A DNA stretch of 64,000 nucleotides from Amoebophrya sp. A120 (Eukaryota > Protista > Dinoflagellata), in the NCBI GenBank assembly GCA_905178155.1, contig CAJINV010000004.1, positions 6,302,828 to 6,366,827 on the forward strand, given 5' to 3'. The notes under the pieces were generated by a model. It did not search any database. It saw only the letters and a list, made by a program, of their open reading frames with translations, and had not been told where the DNA came from. Each line of letters starts with the position of its first letter. Position 1 is the stretch's first letter. The position numbers and the translations under genes were made by a program. This document shows positions 12,584 to 26,300 of this stretch, in pieces.

Positions 12584-14128
12584 CTCGACGACGTGGGGCT
12601 TCAATGAGACAGTGATCTTCTACTAGGCGTAGTTTCCTTAGTCTTGATTAAAAAATCAAATCATGAGATGTGATAAACACTTGTCGAATTATACTTTTTT
12701 CTACTTCGTATTAAGCAGCGGCGCGTGGTCTACTTCGTACCCAGAGGCGCGTCCGCTGGCACACGATCACGCTACCCTTACTGCGTCTATTATTTCTAGG
12801 AAAAACTATTCAGCTATCTTCGACCTGTGGAAGGGCTGTTGGTTGTGGAATGAAATTGTCCCTGCGTAAACAAGAAGATGAAACGACACCGAAGCTACAA
12901 GAATCGATCCCAGCAATGTTCGCGGGCGTCGCAGACGCGCCGCGTCTAGGGTTGTACTTGTAGTGTGCCACTATATGATGTCATACAAAAACCAAAACCA
13001 TCGATATGGAGGAGCGACAGCTTGGATAAGTAAGTAAGTACCTTCTTTGATTGTCTTGAATGATCTCCAACATGATGAGTTGAAAAGTCTACAATGAGCA
13101 GAATGATCGTCCTTAGTTCTAAACGGCACTGCATCGATCCTTTTGATCCGGATCGAAAATAAGTATCAACCAACTACAGCTTGTGATACTGAATATTACA
13201 GCGGCCGGCAGTTGTGTAGAAACAATCGAACTACTCGCTGCTGCAGCTCCGTTGGAGAGGGTCTTCCACCTCTTCCGGACTACTTTGCACATCGGCTGCT
13301 CTACACAACCTCCAAAAATCTGAATCTCCATCTGTATGCATTTTCGTTCTTCAGAAATACAGTTTTTTTCTTTTCGTTTCGCAGACATGCATCAAATTCG
13401 CAGATGCTATATCATATTCGATTCGGGGTTGGCATTTTTTTGATGAGGCCGAGAAAACTCTGGCCCGGGTACAGAATCGCTACCAGAGTTCTTTTTGTTG
13501 AAACGTTAGGCGAGCCCGTTAGGCATAACCTTTTCGCAGACTTCAGAGATGTTGTTGAAAACGATTTTTTGCTTACTACGGAAACCGCTCAGTTTTGTGA
13601 TGAAAAGCTTCAAAGTGATATACTTACCTCGATCTACTACTTGCTTCGTTGCAGTTGTACACAGCGTTTGCCTTCTGTGGAGATGAAAATCCTTCTCTTT
13701 CTAGACTTACATACACGACTTTCTAAATCTTCGACAAGTTCATGTTCCATAACACGAGAAAACAAACAAGGAATCTATCTTAAGCATCTTGTAGTCCGAT
13801 AGTAGTTTTCCTCTTCTGGAACCCCAACTGACTATGGGCGCCCATTTTTATCATTTTACATTTTTAGAAGTGTTGGTACCGGCTCCTCAGGACATCAATT
13901 CTACACATTCTGGAATGATAGCCAGATACTTGTGATGCACTGTATTTCGTGAAGAGGACGCTGCGTCCCCAGGCTGAATGTCAATGGACCTGGATGTGAA
14001 CTACTTAAGTACAAAATTGGAAGCTTTTTTCTGAGGACAGCATTGGAAAATCAGACAACAAAAAAGCCGGAGGCGGAACTAAATTTTCTTTGTCCATCCA
14101 AAACATACGAAAGAAGCACCTCAACCTC

Positions 14129-17100
14129 TCAAGCGGAAGATGAAGTCCCCAGCGTTTGCAGCGTTTTGAGGAACTTCGCCGCAGACGCGTCCCAACCTTC
14201 CGCCATGCCGCCCGTGGAGAACGCGAGGCTCACGATGCGCGGCATGTAGGGCGCGTCGTCGACCCGATACACGCTGGATATCTTCAAACCAACGTCCTTG
14301 TGGTTTTTGCCCACAAAAAACTCCTCGCCCTCCACCTCTTGGTGGATCTCAAACGGGTTCTTCACGGTGAACATGAAGGCACCGCTTTCGATAACCTGCA
14401 AAGTTTGACGTTGTCTCGTCAGGTTGCAAACAAAAAAAATGCCATCACCTTTGTCATAAATCGCGTGCTTACAGCACAGCTTTTCGTTATTTCAAGTCTA
14501 CTCTTCATCTTCCTTATTGTCAACACAATTCCACAAAAGTACCTCGGTGACACGTTTAAGCGTAAACTTTTTCAGGCCGTTTGCGCCGGCGGTCCACTTC
14601 GTGAAAGTCACGCGGTCATGCATTTTGGCGCGCTTCAGCGGTGAGTTGTCCTCGGACATAGCTTCGACTTTGTAGACGTACTTTCCGTCGGGCGTTGTGG
14701 ATTCCTGCTCGGTCCCATCAATAACTGCGTACTCCATGGGGGATGGGACATAGTACCTGGGGTCAACATGTTGTGTCCGGTCGTTTAAATTTGCCTCCTT
14801 CTGCATTTAGAACGAAAATGTAAATTAGAAAAAAGTCGAAAAAAAGCATCAGCAGAAATCCCCGCGGGCGGGTACTGACAACAACATCGAAGTTCTTTTG
14901 GCTCTGCTTTTATCGCACTAGCAGCGCTCAGTCCGTGGATACAGATAGTTCTGTACTACTTTTGCAGCCGCTCCTTCTCTAGTACCACTATACCTCACAT
15001 CGTAAATAGCCGTTGGCGACCTGCTGTCCACAAAAACCTTTTGAAAACCGTCCGCGGAGAAAAACGCCACTTCAGCGTCGCACTTTACCATGGGGTACCC
15101 GTTCGCATCCTTGTCCCGCCATTGTTGCGGCAAACCACGGACCGTCGGCGGTCGCGCTGGTTGTTGCTGGACTGCTGCTGGTTGCGGAAGCTGCGCGGAC
15201 GCTTGGGGCAGTTGTGGAATCGGGAGGGCTTGCTCCGTGGACTGCGTCAGTTTGGTGCCGCTGGTCGCCAGCTGCTGGTTTTTCATCTTCATCGCAGATG
15301 ACGTGCTAGAAGAAGAAGATCCAGCGAGAGCAGCGGCAGACGAGTCGGCAATTATCGGCTGTGTGTGTCTCCCTTGTGCCTGCGGTGCGTTGTTCGGAGG
15401 CAACGCACCAGAAACAACACTTTCCGCTGATTGCGGCTGCTGCGCTTGTTCTGGTGCTGTCGGTGCGACCGCCGAAACGATGGGCTGCTGTGCGGGCAGT
15501 TGTGCAGGTTTCATTCCTGGTAGTTGTTCTGCCGCCGGTTGAGACGACGTTGGGAGCGCTGATGTGCCAGCCCGTTGCATCATCTGCGGCGAAGGAACAG
15601 GCAGGACTTCCCCTGTCCCACTTGATAACATCAAAGGCTGCTGTGAAGTAGAAGTTCTTCCTTCTGCTCCATCCGCCTGCGTCGAACCATACCCTGGTTG
15701 CTGCTCCGCAACAGAGGCCACGGCAGAGCCCCCACTGGGAGGTTGTACTAGCGAAGATTCGACATCCGGCGCGGAACTGCTGACCGCACTCTGGAAGGAC
15801 GGCGTAGGACTTTGAGAAACTGGCAGCAAACTGTTCGTGATCTGTGACTGTATCTGCGTTTGCTGTGCCTGGTTTACTATTTTCGGCTGCGCAGCAGGAG
15901 GAGGAGCTCCGGCTGGTGCGGGTGTGGCTGGAAGCTGCTGCACCCGCTGTGTTATTTCCAGTTGCTGCGGTTGCGTTTGTTGCTGCTGCTGCTGCTGAGG
16001 TACTACTACACCTTGCGGTCCAGATGGTCGCTGAATGGGCGGGTTTTGCGCCGGTAAAACTTGCACCAGCTTTCCGTTTACCATCATGTACTGGGGCTGC
16101 TTCGACATCACGACCGGACTGCCTGCGCTAGCGTGCCGTGACTGCGAGCGCGACTGCTGTTGTTGTTGTATTGGAATCATGCGCGGGGGTCCGCCGTTCT
16201 GTCCGGGCACGACGGTAAACATCGGGTTCCCCTGCGTCCCGCCCTGCGCAGCTGCATTTGCGTTCGTAGCTTGCGAGGAAACAACACCTGGCAGAGAGCC
16301 TTGTTGCTGCTGCAAGGAACCTGGCTGTCCGGGCTGGCTCGGGGCTGCACTTGCGCCCGGTCGAGGTTGAGGCACAAACACTGCCGCAGATCCTGACAAA
16401 GACCACATTCACTTTCATCAATCTAGATCTACCAGCATCTTCACAAGAAGCATGTATGTTTTTACACTGATTCTGTACTAGCATGCAAGAAAAATTTCTT
16501 CAAATGCATGTACAAAACTAAGTACCCAGCTGCGCAGCGGCGATCGTCGTTGGGAGCTGCGCTCCACCGGACTGGGTAGAAGCCGCTGGGGGACTGGCGA
16601 CGATATCTGGTTTACCCGTACTACCGCTTACGGGCATTGCAGCTTGAACATCCCGAGCAGGCCAGCCTGGTGTTTGTCCTCCACCACCAGGCGTCGTCCC
16701 GGTGCTCCACGCTGGCGACGGCGCAACCGTGCTGGGGTCCCCCCTACTGCTGGCTGCGCTCCTGGTTGTGTCTTCTCCTGTGGCACGGCCACTCCTTTCG
16801 TTTGTTCCCGTTCCACCTTTTATCCCCTTAAATTCCGACATTGGTGTGAAAAAACCCTCGACGTCCGGAGGACCTGTGTTAGATGTCCTTGTCGCGGTTC
16901 GTCCAGCGTCACTTTCACTGCTGCGTTTGCTTCCAGTTGTCCTGCTTCGCGCAGTGTCGAACCCATCCGTAGCACTGGCAAAATCATCATCGTAACTCTC
17001 GTCGTTCTCGAAGAATTGCAACGACGATCGCTGTGATGTGGAGGAGGAGCCTGCATTTTTGTCCTCAACATTCGTTGTGTACATCAGCGCAGGGCTGGAC

Positions 17101-18365
17101 CGCGTCAAGGGCCTTTGTAGTTCGGGCCGGTACCGCTTGCAGCCCCGACAGGGGATGTAATTCCCCCCGCGCACGTTCCCCTCCCAGGGCCGCATGTCCT
17201 CTTCGCTGTCGTGTTCTACTTCCTGCGTCCAGCCCATCAACTTGTCCCTGATATGCAATACAAATTTCCCGTACATGTACAAAATGCATGACAAACTTCA
17301 CCAATTTGGAGGGTAAAACTTGTCATGCTGAACTAGGATCGAAGCCAAGTTTTGTCATGCAGCGCTCGCATTTGTACGTGTACTGAAAATTTACTGTGGA
17401 TACCTGATTTTCCGACTCACGACGCCGGGTAAATCGAGCAGCTGCCGGAAGGAAGACGTTGGGACAGCACCGTCTGGAGGAGAAGCGACTGGTGTAGAAG
17501 TTGTTCTTGGGGTCGTGGTAGCGGCTTCGTCGTAAAGACCATCTGCACCATTTCGAGGCGGTGCATTAGGACGAACAAGCAGAGCACCATTTGCAGTTGA
17601 TCTCTGCTGCTGCAGTTCTAGAGAGTCTGGCGGCAGCGTCGTTGTCGAAGAGGATTCAGACAAGGAGAAGGGAGTGCTGCTTGCGCTTTTATTCTGCACC
17701 TGCGGTTGCTCGCCTGCGGTTGTTCCCTTCGGATGACCAGTTCGTTGCTCTGACGCAAGAAAGCTGTTTTGCGAATCCGGACCCAAAATTTTTGCCACTT
17801 TGGTTTCAGCTGAGGGTGAGGTCGACGCAGCGGTATTAGAGTTCGGCGGGGAAGAGAAGGAGTTGGACGAAAAGCCCAGCGCTAAACTCCGGCTCGTTTC
17901 CGCATAGCTCTTCGCTGAGGCCGCAGCAGCAGCGGCTGCGGCGGCTGCAGTAGCAGGCCTCGCAGCAGTGCTGGACGATGAACTTCTAGCTGGGTCTCCA
18001 GCTGCGCCGCGCACGGGCAAACCAGCGCCATCGGCTTGATCGGTAATTGGCACAGGCGCTCCTGGCTGGTGAAACTCTATTCCAAATACAGACACGTACG
18101 CGGCGCCCACCACGAGCACTAAACAGGCCGTGACCAGTCCGACCGTCAACCCCGGGGCCGGCGTTTTCGAAATCAACTTACTCTCGTCGACCAAGAGCTC
18201 ATTTTCCGGGCTGCTATTGGGGTGATGCAGAGGAGCCGTCGAGCCTGTAGTTCTTTGTTCGGGCCGTGCCGCTGGAACGCCTACGGTGGAGGACGAGGAG
18301 GATTCGGATGTGTCGGTTGCGGGAGGCATAGAAGACGAGGAGGACGAGGTGGACGAGGAGGCCAT
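14129..18365 (-). CDS. Membrane-anchored low-complexity (S/P/Q-rich) protein; 3' exon structure uncertain
   Basis: ORF 17391-18365 has a TM segment (LTVGLVTACLVLVVGAAYVSVFGI). It joins 16518-17294 on removal of 17248-17403, then joins the 14918-16408 ORF by GT-AG intron 16393-16525. Probable further exons lie at ~14500-14800 and 14129-14395; those junctions are not resolved. Confidence 0.6.
17252..17402. mobile_element. Introner element (family F, 151 bp), TSD CCTGA; the only copy that also reads as a GT-AG intron
   Basis: TAT...ATA ends, imperfect TIR, CCTGA at 17247-17251 and 17403-17407. Removal gives ...SRKIR-DKLMG. Confidence 0.85.
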
Positions 18366-19042
18366 TTTTGTCGTCGGTCACTGTGCTAGTATCCTCGCGG
18401 CAGGAGTCCTCTTCTGGGGGCACAAAAACAGATCTTCAAAGAAGAGGCAAATTTCGAGTGAGCGGTGAGCAAAGTGCTTTTACAGGCTGATGTTGGTGTT
18501 GTTCGTGCTTGTGGAAATAAAGTCAGTGTGCAGAACCGCCGGCGTCATGGCGATCATACATGGATCGAAATCTTAGATTGCGAGAGAAAGACCGATTGTT
18601 GGCGGGATGATGTGAGGAAGAAGTACTTAAAGTTACATTCACAACACGAAAGCACAGCTACAGTGCATCAACACAACAACGACTTTGAAGACAAACGAAC
18701 AACACCAAGATCGGCAGAGCGACACGCTTCGCATTCGGCGTAATTCTCGAAGGAGCTGAGCTCTGCGGGTTGGCCTACGTCTATTTCACTTCTACTCTAT
18801 GACAAAGAATTTCGAGCAACTGCAACTGCATCTGCAACATCATGCTATCCCAAAATAAAAACCAAAAAAACATGACAAATATGCTCTGTTTACGTTCGTA
18901 TGCAGCAAGGAACGGAATATGGCTAAATCATATGACTTCATCGGCCAGTGGGCCGTCACAGTGATAGGAATATGCAGCAAACAAAGATTGGAATCCGCAA
19001 AAGTACAAAATAGAAATCAATTTCGCGCCAAAGAGAGATTGC

Positions 19043-19841
19043 TCAATACCCGTTCAGCAGCATAGGTGGCAGCTGCGGGGCGTTGCGCTGGTGCTTTGCC
19101 TCGATATGCTGGGTAAGGCTCGTGAATTTGTTGAAGGTCCTGTAGCAGTGCTTGCACTGGAACGCGTTCGCGGGAACGTAGTTCGGGTTCACCCAATCGG
19201 TCACATCATTCGCGTCACAGATTGCACGATTTATGTAATTCGGCATCCGCTGCTTCACGAATTGGTAAACCGCTGCCTCTCCGTTTGTACGTCCCGGGAC
19301 ACAGCTACAAAAGCCTCCTTCGACATGACTCGCTACACCCGCAGCAGAGCGGAAACGAGATTGCCGGCACAACGGGCACGTGACGGTCCGGGACAGATGC
19401 GTCTGCATGTGCTGCTGACGCATGTTCTGTGGGTGTGATGATCTTTTTTGGAAGAGTGCCAGGAGAAGATCATTGATTCAACGGTGGATGTACAAATACA
19501 GTACTTATCCCATAAACGGTTGTTTCAGTCATGTAGCGTACCTCATTGTTCCTCGAATTGTTTGCGCGCGTCTGGAAGATTGTGTGACAGACCGTGCAGA
19601 AGACAGCATTGCATTCCCAATCGGCATGACCTTTGTGATCGCAAATGCCGCACGTGACCACGAAGTCAGAGTTGTAGTTGCACGCGACGCAAGCTTGCTT
19701 GTGCGCCCGGAGGTTGTTGAAGTTTCCGCTTAATGAATTATGCGATGACTGTATGACTCGCTCGCAACCGGGACAAATCAGCGCCTCGCATTGCGACTCT
19801 TCGTGCCCGGGACGCTGACAAATGGCGCAGAGTAGGACCAT
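19043..19841 (-). CDS. Zinc-finger protein with CCHC knuckles and C2H2 fingers (227 aa; GT-AG intron 19427-19541)
   Basis: CAICQRPGHEESQC and CGICDHKGHADWEC knuckles and a CKHCYRTFNKFTSLTQHIEAKH C2H2 finger. Splicing GAG|GTACGC...CACAG|AAC completes a CTVC...HMQTH finger. Confidence 0.8.
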
Positions 19842-20328
19842 AACGCTTGCTGTAGGTGCTTTAACTTGACACGACAAAACGTCAGACACTCCAGCAAAGA
19901 CCTACTCATGTCGGAAAAATCAAAGAAGTGACACACTACAGCTCTTAACTGCCAACACTCAACTCACACTCCTGCTCCTGTTTCTCATCGTCCTCATTGA
20001 ACGAGCAGCCTGAATGATTAGTACTTAAAAAAAAAGCTCTCGTTGTCAACATGCAGTGCGAAAAATGGCGCACGGACTGGCTTGCAGAACAGTTGTGAGG
20101 GCTGTCAAAAGAACGTGAGAAGGCGTTCCTCGGGGAGAGTTTGCGCGCCGCACCGTATTTGGCTAGTAATTTCAATTTGAGAAAAAGGGTATTCTGCAGC
20201 TTATTACAACCCAAAACAAAAAAAGGAATTTCACACACAATAACACGTCACGAGGGTGGGGGTGCTACCCTGAGTCTAAGTTCAGAAATGAATTTCACTG
20301 AACTCCGCATCACTGGAGTCTAGTTTTC

Positions 20329-23300
20329 TCACTCCGCATCCTCCCCGTGCACTATATCGTCTATGTCGATATTTTTCACGCCGACGTTCCCTTTGACCCG
20401 GGCCTCCAAAATCTCCAGCGCCTTCCCCATCTTCTTATTTTTCTTCACATTCCCCACTTTGGGCCGCTGTCGCTCCCGCCGCTGCGCGTAGCTTTCTATC
20501 CCTAACTTCGCGGACAACTCGTCCTGCATCCGAAGGTCCTGTGGTCGGTTTTTATCGACTTTCGTCATCTTCTCCGCCAGTTCTCTTTGCTTCTCCTCAA
20601 CCTGCAACGCCAACTGCGCTGCTATCGCCCGCCGCTTCGCTTCGGAGCGCGGGGTCAGGCCGAGGTCCCCGTCCACCTCCTTCTTCAAGCTCTTCTGCAA
20701 CGCCTGAATGTTCATCGATCCACCGAAAATATTCGGCGCGTGGTCAACATTCGACATTTCCTCGTTTTCCGTGAGTCTCTGTGACGACATGCGGTGGGTT
20801 AGTATCTTTGAGTTGCGATGATCCTGTTCAATAACGGTCTGGTACGCGGAGTCCTTATGGCCGCGGACGCCAGAAATCAGACCTTCACTCTGCCCGGAAT
20901 CGAAGATCATTCCTCCCGCACTGACCAGGTGAATGCCTGAGCCCTCTATCTGCTGGTCCTTATTTGTACCGCCGCCTCCGGAGGCCTTATTTGGTGACGC
21001 AAGCTCGTCCGCGGTACGCGCCATCGCGGAGGCCTTGGCCATCGCTGCGCCCTTGGCACCGAAGAGACCGGCCAGCGCGGGGGCGGGGGGTTTGCCGACG
21101 GGACGTACGGGCGCCTCCTGGTCGTTTCCAAAGGACGGAGGGCGCTGCACAGCCGTTGCAGCCGACGGCCGGGCCACCGGTCGCGGTGGCGCCGTGGGAG
21201 AAGTGTCAGCCGCAGCGCGCGACGCCTTCGCCATGGCCGCGCCCTTCCCGCCGAATAACCCGCCCAGCCCCGCCGCAGCGGCCGCCATATTGCCCTTCCC
21301 GAAGGCCTTCTCGTTGCCGCCTCGGCCCGGCAGGTCGGCGAGCTTGGTGGGCGCAGGACCACCGGGTTTCGCCTGTGGCTTCGGCGGCGCTTTGACACCG
21401 TCCGCACCGAAGAACGCACCTAAATTTGCGCGCAGGGATTTGAAATCCGCGGACCTCTGCGCGGCAGAGGCTCGTGGCGCGCGCTCCCTCGCACCGACCG
21501 CAGCCGCCGGATTATTTTGTGGCATCATGGCATCCATCAATCGCATATCCCCTCCCTGCAGCGGGGGCGGCAAATTTCTCCGCGGGTCGCTGGAAAGCTC
21601 CCGGCGCAGGTCCAGCGGCTTCATCAGCGTCTCCGCCCCGGGTGTACCGGGCCCGATGTTCCGTCGTTCCTCCCCCGGAACGTACCCCCGATAGGCCATG
21701 CCGGTAAAGTAATCCGCCTCCTCGGCCGGCGCCGGGGCCTCGATCTTCCGCGGCGTCACGTCCGGCCGGTAATCCACCGGGCGAAACAGGTACTCTTCGG
21801 TCGTGGTTCCGGCGCCAAATTTCGGGTTGAACCTGTCGCTCACCTCCGGCCGGTAGTCGACCGGGCGGAACATGTACTCTTCTGTGGTCGTCCCCGCGCC
21901 AAATTTCGGGTTGAACCGATCCGAAACCTCCTTCCTCTCAATCATCGGGCGGAACGTGGTCAGATTCGCGTCCGGCGCGGGCGCGGACACCTTCGCCCGC
22001 TCTTCAACTAATTCCGGACGGATGTCCATTGGGCGGAAGATGCCCAGTTCCGCGCTGGGCTTCGGCGCTTCGGGCTTCGCAAATGCCATGATGCGGTCGT
22101 ACGCGAGACGCTGCTCCTTCATGCGCATAATGCCCAGCTCATCCGTCGGGAGCCCCGGACCCATCTGCGGATTGTACTTGTCGATCACCTCCGGCCGGTA
22201 GGCCGCCATGCGGAAGAGAGATTTGTCCTGCTCGTCGGGCAGATACGCGTACCCCGCGTCCGACTTCGGCCGCACCGCCTTGATGTCTACCGGGCGAAAC
22301 TTCTCCGGCTCTTCGAACGGCGCCGGCGCCTCCACGCCCTCGCGGTAGCCCTTCTCGGTCGCCGGGCGGAACTCCCGGAGCGGCAGCATCTCGTTCGCGC
22401 GCAACGACTCGTCCGCCAGCGGCTTGTCCGGACCGCGCGGTTTCACCGCGGGCTGGTAAACAGCCTGCATGTTCGCGTTCCGGTCGAAGTCCACTACTAG
22501 TAGTGGGTCCGGTGGCCCTGGCTTTTGTGCCTTCAGGAGCTGCGGGGGCGTGAGCGGTCTATCGAGCTGCAAATCGTAGATTGGACTCGGCGCGGGGGCC
22601 TGGAAGGGCTGGACGTCCGGGCGGTAGTTATGGATTGCAAATATGTCTGGGTCTGGAAGAATGCGAGATCTGTCATGCAGTTTTTGCCTGACCCAGATCG
22701 CCTGGCATGTGAGCTCTAGCATCACAGATTTTGAGCACTTTTCCCAATGCCTAATCCGCATGACAAATCCTCTCTCTCGGAAACCAAAAATGGGGCTTTT
22801 TGCTAGCCACGCATGACAGATTTTATCATGATGTAGACTTCGCATCACAAATTCGAATCTTTCCAGACCCAGACATTTTTGCATTTGATAATAGTCCAGC
22901 ATCCGCAACCGCATGTCCTCGTCCATCGGCAGCGGCGCGTCCGCCTGGTACTGGTTCGTCCGCGCGGAGAACGCGGGGCTTTCCTCCATGCGCACGCGCA
23001 ACGGGCGGTTCAGGATGTCCACGTCCATTGGCGCCGGGGCGGGGAGTTCGTACGGGGTCGGGACGGAGAAGTTCGGCTGTTGCTCAAAGCGTCGGTCCAG
23101 CGCACGGAACGTGGTGACTTCCTCGTTCGGCAGCGGGACGGACACCAGCGCGTTCTGCGCGGTCCGCACGCTGAACATCGGCGCTTCCTCCATCCGCTGG
23201 TCCAACGGCCGGAATTTCGGCTGCTCCTCCTGGCCCGCGCCCGCCTGCGGCGCCGCCACGGCGAACCGCTGCCCGGCGGCGCGCTCCATGGCGGGGATGT

Positions 23301-26300
23301 TGTGCTCGCGCTGCTCGTAGTCCTTCGGGCGTAACAACCGCTCAGTGCCGTCTAAGGCACCGGCTTCGAGGTTCAACCCATACCCTATCCCGTAGGTCGC
23401 GCCGGCGAACATCACGTCGTCGCGGAGTTTTTCCACCAACTTGTCCGGGTTCAGCATGTACGCCTCCTCAAACCCCTTGGGCGCGTCGGGGATGTACTGC
23501 TGCGTCTTCGCGGAGAACTGCGGGGACGCCTCGGGGCGGATGTCCTCGGGGCGGAGCGCGCGGTCCTCCGCGGCGGTTTTGAAGTTTTCGGCCTTCAGCG
23601 CGTCTACCACCATCGCGCGGTCCGCGCCGGTGCGGCCCCCCTTCAAGTGGTCGTCCAATTGTTTCTCCTCGAAGGTCCGCTTGTCGATGATGCCGTCCTG
23701 CAGCGCGTCCACCTGGGACATGCGCGTGAACTTGTCCGCGCCGGTTTTCTGCAGTTCCGCGACCCGGTCGGCCCCCGCGTAGCCGCCAAACTGGTAGCCG
23801 TCGACCAGGTGGCCGCGGTTGCCGCCTCGCCTTTGCTCGGTGATGAAGTCGATCTGCCCCAGGGGCTGGTCGATGCCCTCCTTGACCAATTCCAAGTTGC
23901 GGTCGGCCGGCCCGTAGCCCCGGGTGGTCGTGCCGTCCTTCAAATGCCCCCGATTCCCGCCCCGCTGCATTTCGGTCACGAAGTCCAGCGGCTCTAACTC
24001 TTCCCCGATGTACGGCACGCGATCGGCGGGACCGTGGCCGGCCAGCGTTTCCCCCGCCGCGATGGTTTCGGGGGAAATCAAGCCGGGAACGTACGAAATC
24101 CTTCCCATCTCCGGCAACTCCTGGGTCAACCGGACCGGCGGCAGCGGCTGTGCGCCCTCCACGAACGAAATCCGCCCGGCCTCGTCGAGGAACTGCGCGT
24201 AGCCGAAGCCCTGGCGCGTCATGTCCACGAAGTAGCCGTCGGGCAGCCGCTCCGGCTGCGCGCCGGTCACGATGGAGATCCGCTCGGCGTCGTCCAAGTA
24301 CCGTCCGTAGCCGAAGCCCTTCCGCTCCTCTTTCAAAAAGTACCCGTCCGCGATCCTCTCGGGCTGCATGCCGGCCACCTGCGAGAACCGCAGCGGCTGG
24401 TCCAGGCCCGGGTCCTGCATGTTCAGGTCCACGACCCCGCGGCCCTGGCCGTACTCGATCAGGTACCCCGTCGGCTGCTCCAGCGGCTGCAGCCCGGTGA
24501 CGTACTCAATTTCCCCTGCCTTGTGCTGATCCAGCCCTTGAACATTCACCGCCAGGTTCGCGCCCTGCCCGCTGTAGTCAAGGAACATACCGCCGTCCAA
24601 CCTTTCCGGCTGCGCGCCCCCGACGATCGACATGCGTTTCGCCTCGTCTAGATACCGTGCGGCGCCGAAACCCTCCCGGCCGTAGTCGACAAACAACTCC
24701 GCCGTGTCGATCTCGTCCGGCCGCATCTTCTGCAGCGCCTCGTCGGGGAGCGGCGCGAGATCCCCCATGGTCAGGTCCGCGGGGTCTTCGACAGGCTCCA
24801 AAGGCCGCAGCATCGGCAAAGCCTCGTCCAACGCCGGCGCTTCCATGTTCGCGCCAAATCCTGCGCCCTTGCGCTCGATGAAGTTCAAGTCCATCTCGTA
24901 CTGATCCGGCTCCAGCATGAACTGCTCGTCGATCTGGCCAAATTTCAGGGCCAGCTCCTGGTCCGCGAAATACAAATCGTCCATGGAAATCCGCCCGCGC
25001 CGTTTCGGCTCCAGGGGCCGGAATTTGTACTGCTCCGGCTGGTCGTCGATTTTTTCCAGCCCGAGTAACGGTCGCACCGGACCGCGGGGCATGAGTAATT
25101 CCTCTCGCTTGATTCCGAAAGTATCCAGTAGGTACTGTTGCTGTTCAGGCGATAACCCCTCGAAATCGAAGTCCAACTTCTTGCCGTCAATCCGCTTCCC
25201 CGTCGCCAAACCCTTCGCGGCCAGCACCGGGCCGAACTGCGCCAGACTGGCGAGTTTCGGCACAAACTTCGGCTGTGTGAGTTTGGCGAGCTTCGCGTCG
25301 GCCTCCGGTGTTAAATCTAACGGTAAATAGTCCGGAACCACTTCGATCCCCTTCCTCCAGCGGTCCACGAAGTCGTCCAACAAAGCCGGACCAACCAAGT
25401 CGGCGTAGCCGATGGGGCCGCGCTCGTGCTCCACGTAGGTCCGATCCTTCTCCAACGCCTTGAAGAATCCCAAATCGTCCGGCCCTGCGGTCCTCAAAAC
25501 GTCTTTGCGACCGCGTCTTAAATTCCAGTTTAAATCCTTCGCGGTGGCAGAGACCTCTTTGTCCAAATCATATTCATCGACTTTTGTTTCTTCGATAAAG
25601 TCCTCGTCAAACCGCATGTCGGCCTCGACCTTATCGAGCAACTCTTCCAGTTTCGGCGCGTCTTCGGTTCTATAAACAGCGGATTCTCGCTTCTGTTTCA
25701 ATTGCTTATCCCCGAACACGGTTTCCTGTTTCTCGTCCGGCTTCACCACCTTCAAACCCCGCTTCCACTCCTTCAACTTGCGCTTCGCGACCGGTTTTTT
25801 CGGTTTGCCGTCGTCGTCGTAGCTGAAATAGTCTTCCTCGACAGAATCTTCATGGACGTCGATTTTTCCCGGAGGTTCTTTGGCTTTTTCCTTCCCCTTT
25901 TTCACCACAAATCCCATGATCTCCTCCGCTTTTAAATCTAAATCGGGCCGCTTCTTCTCGAAGTCTTTGCCCTCTTTCTTCAAAATCTTCTCACTCGCTT
26001 TATCCAAATCGACATCATCTTTTCTTCTTTTCCCTTTCAAAAACCAGTCGCGCCTTTGGATGACCGCGCGCGGATGCCACATGGACTTCACCGGGCCGAG
26101 CGCGACGCAGCGCTCGAGCATTCTGCTCAGCTTGTTGTTCCGGTGCCGACGTTTCGTGCGAAACCGCCAGAGCAACACGTTCCGCGCCTCGCGCTCGCTG
26201 GACACGGTGGATAACGTAGCGGTTTTGCTGTGGATCGGCAGCACAAAATTGTTCCCGACCTCGTCCATGATGTGGGCGGTCTGCATGGCGTCTAGATCGT

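Noticed and set aside
13143-13802. 219-aa plus-strand ORF
   Set aside because: It has a non-ATG start, no recognisable motif and runs opposite to the gene block; it cannot be supported without expression data.
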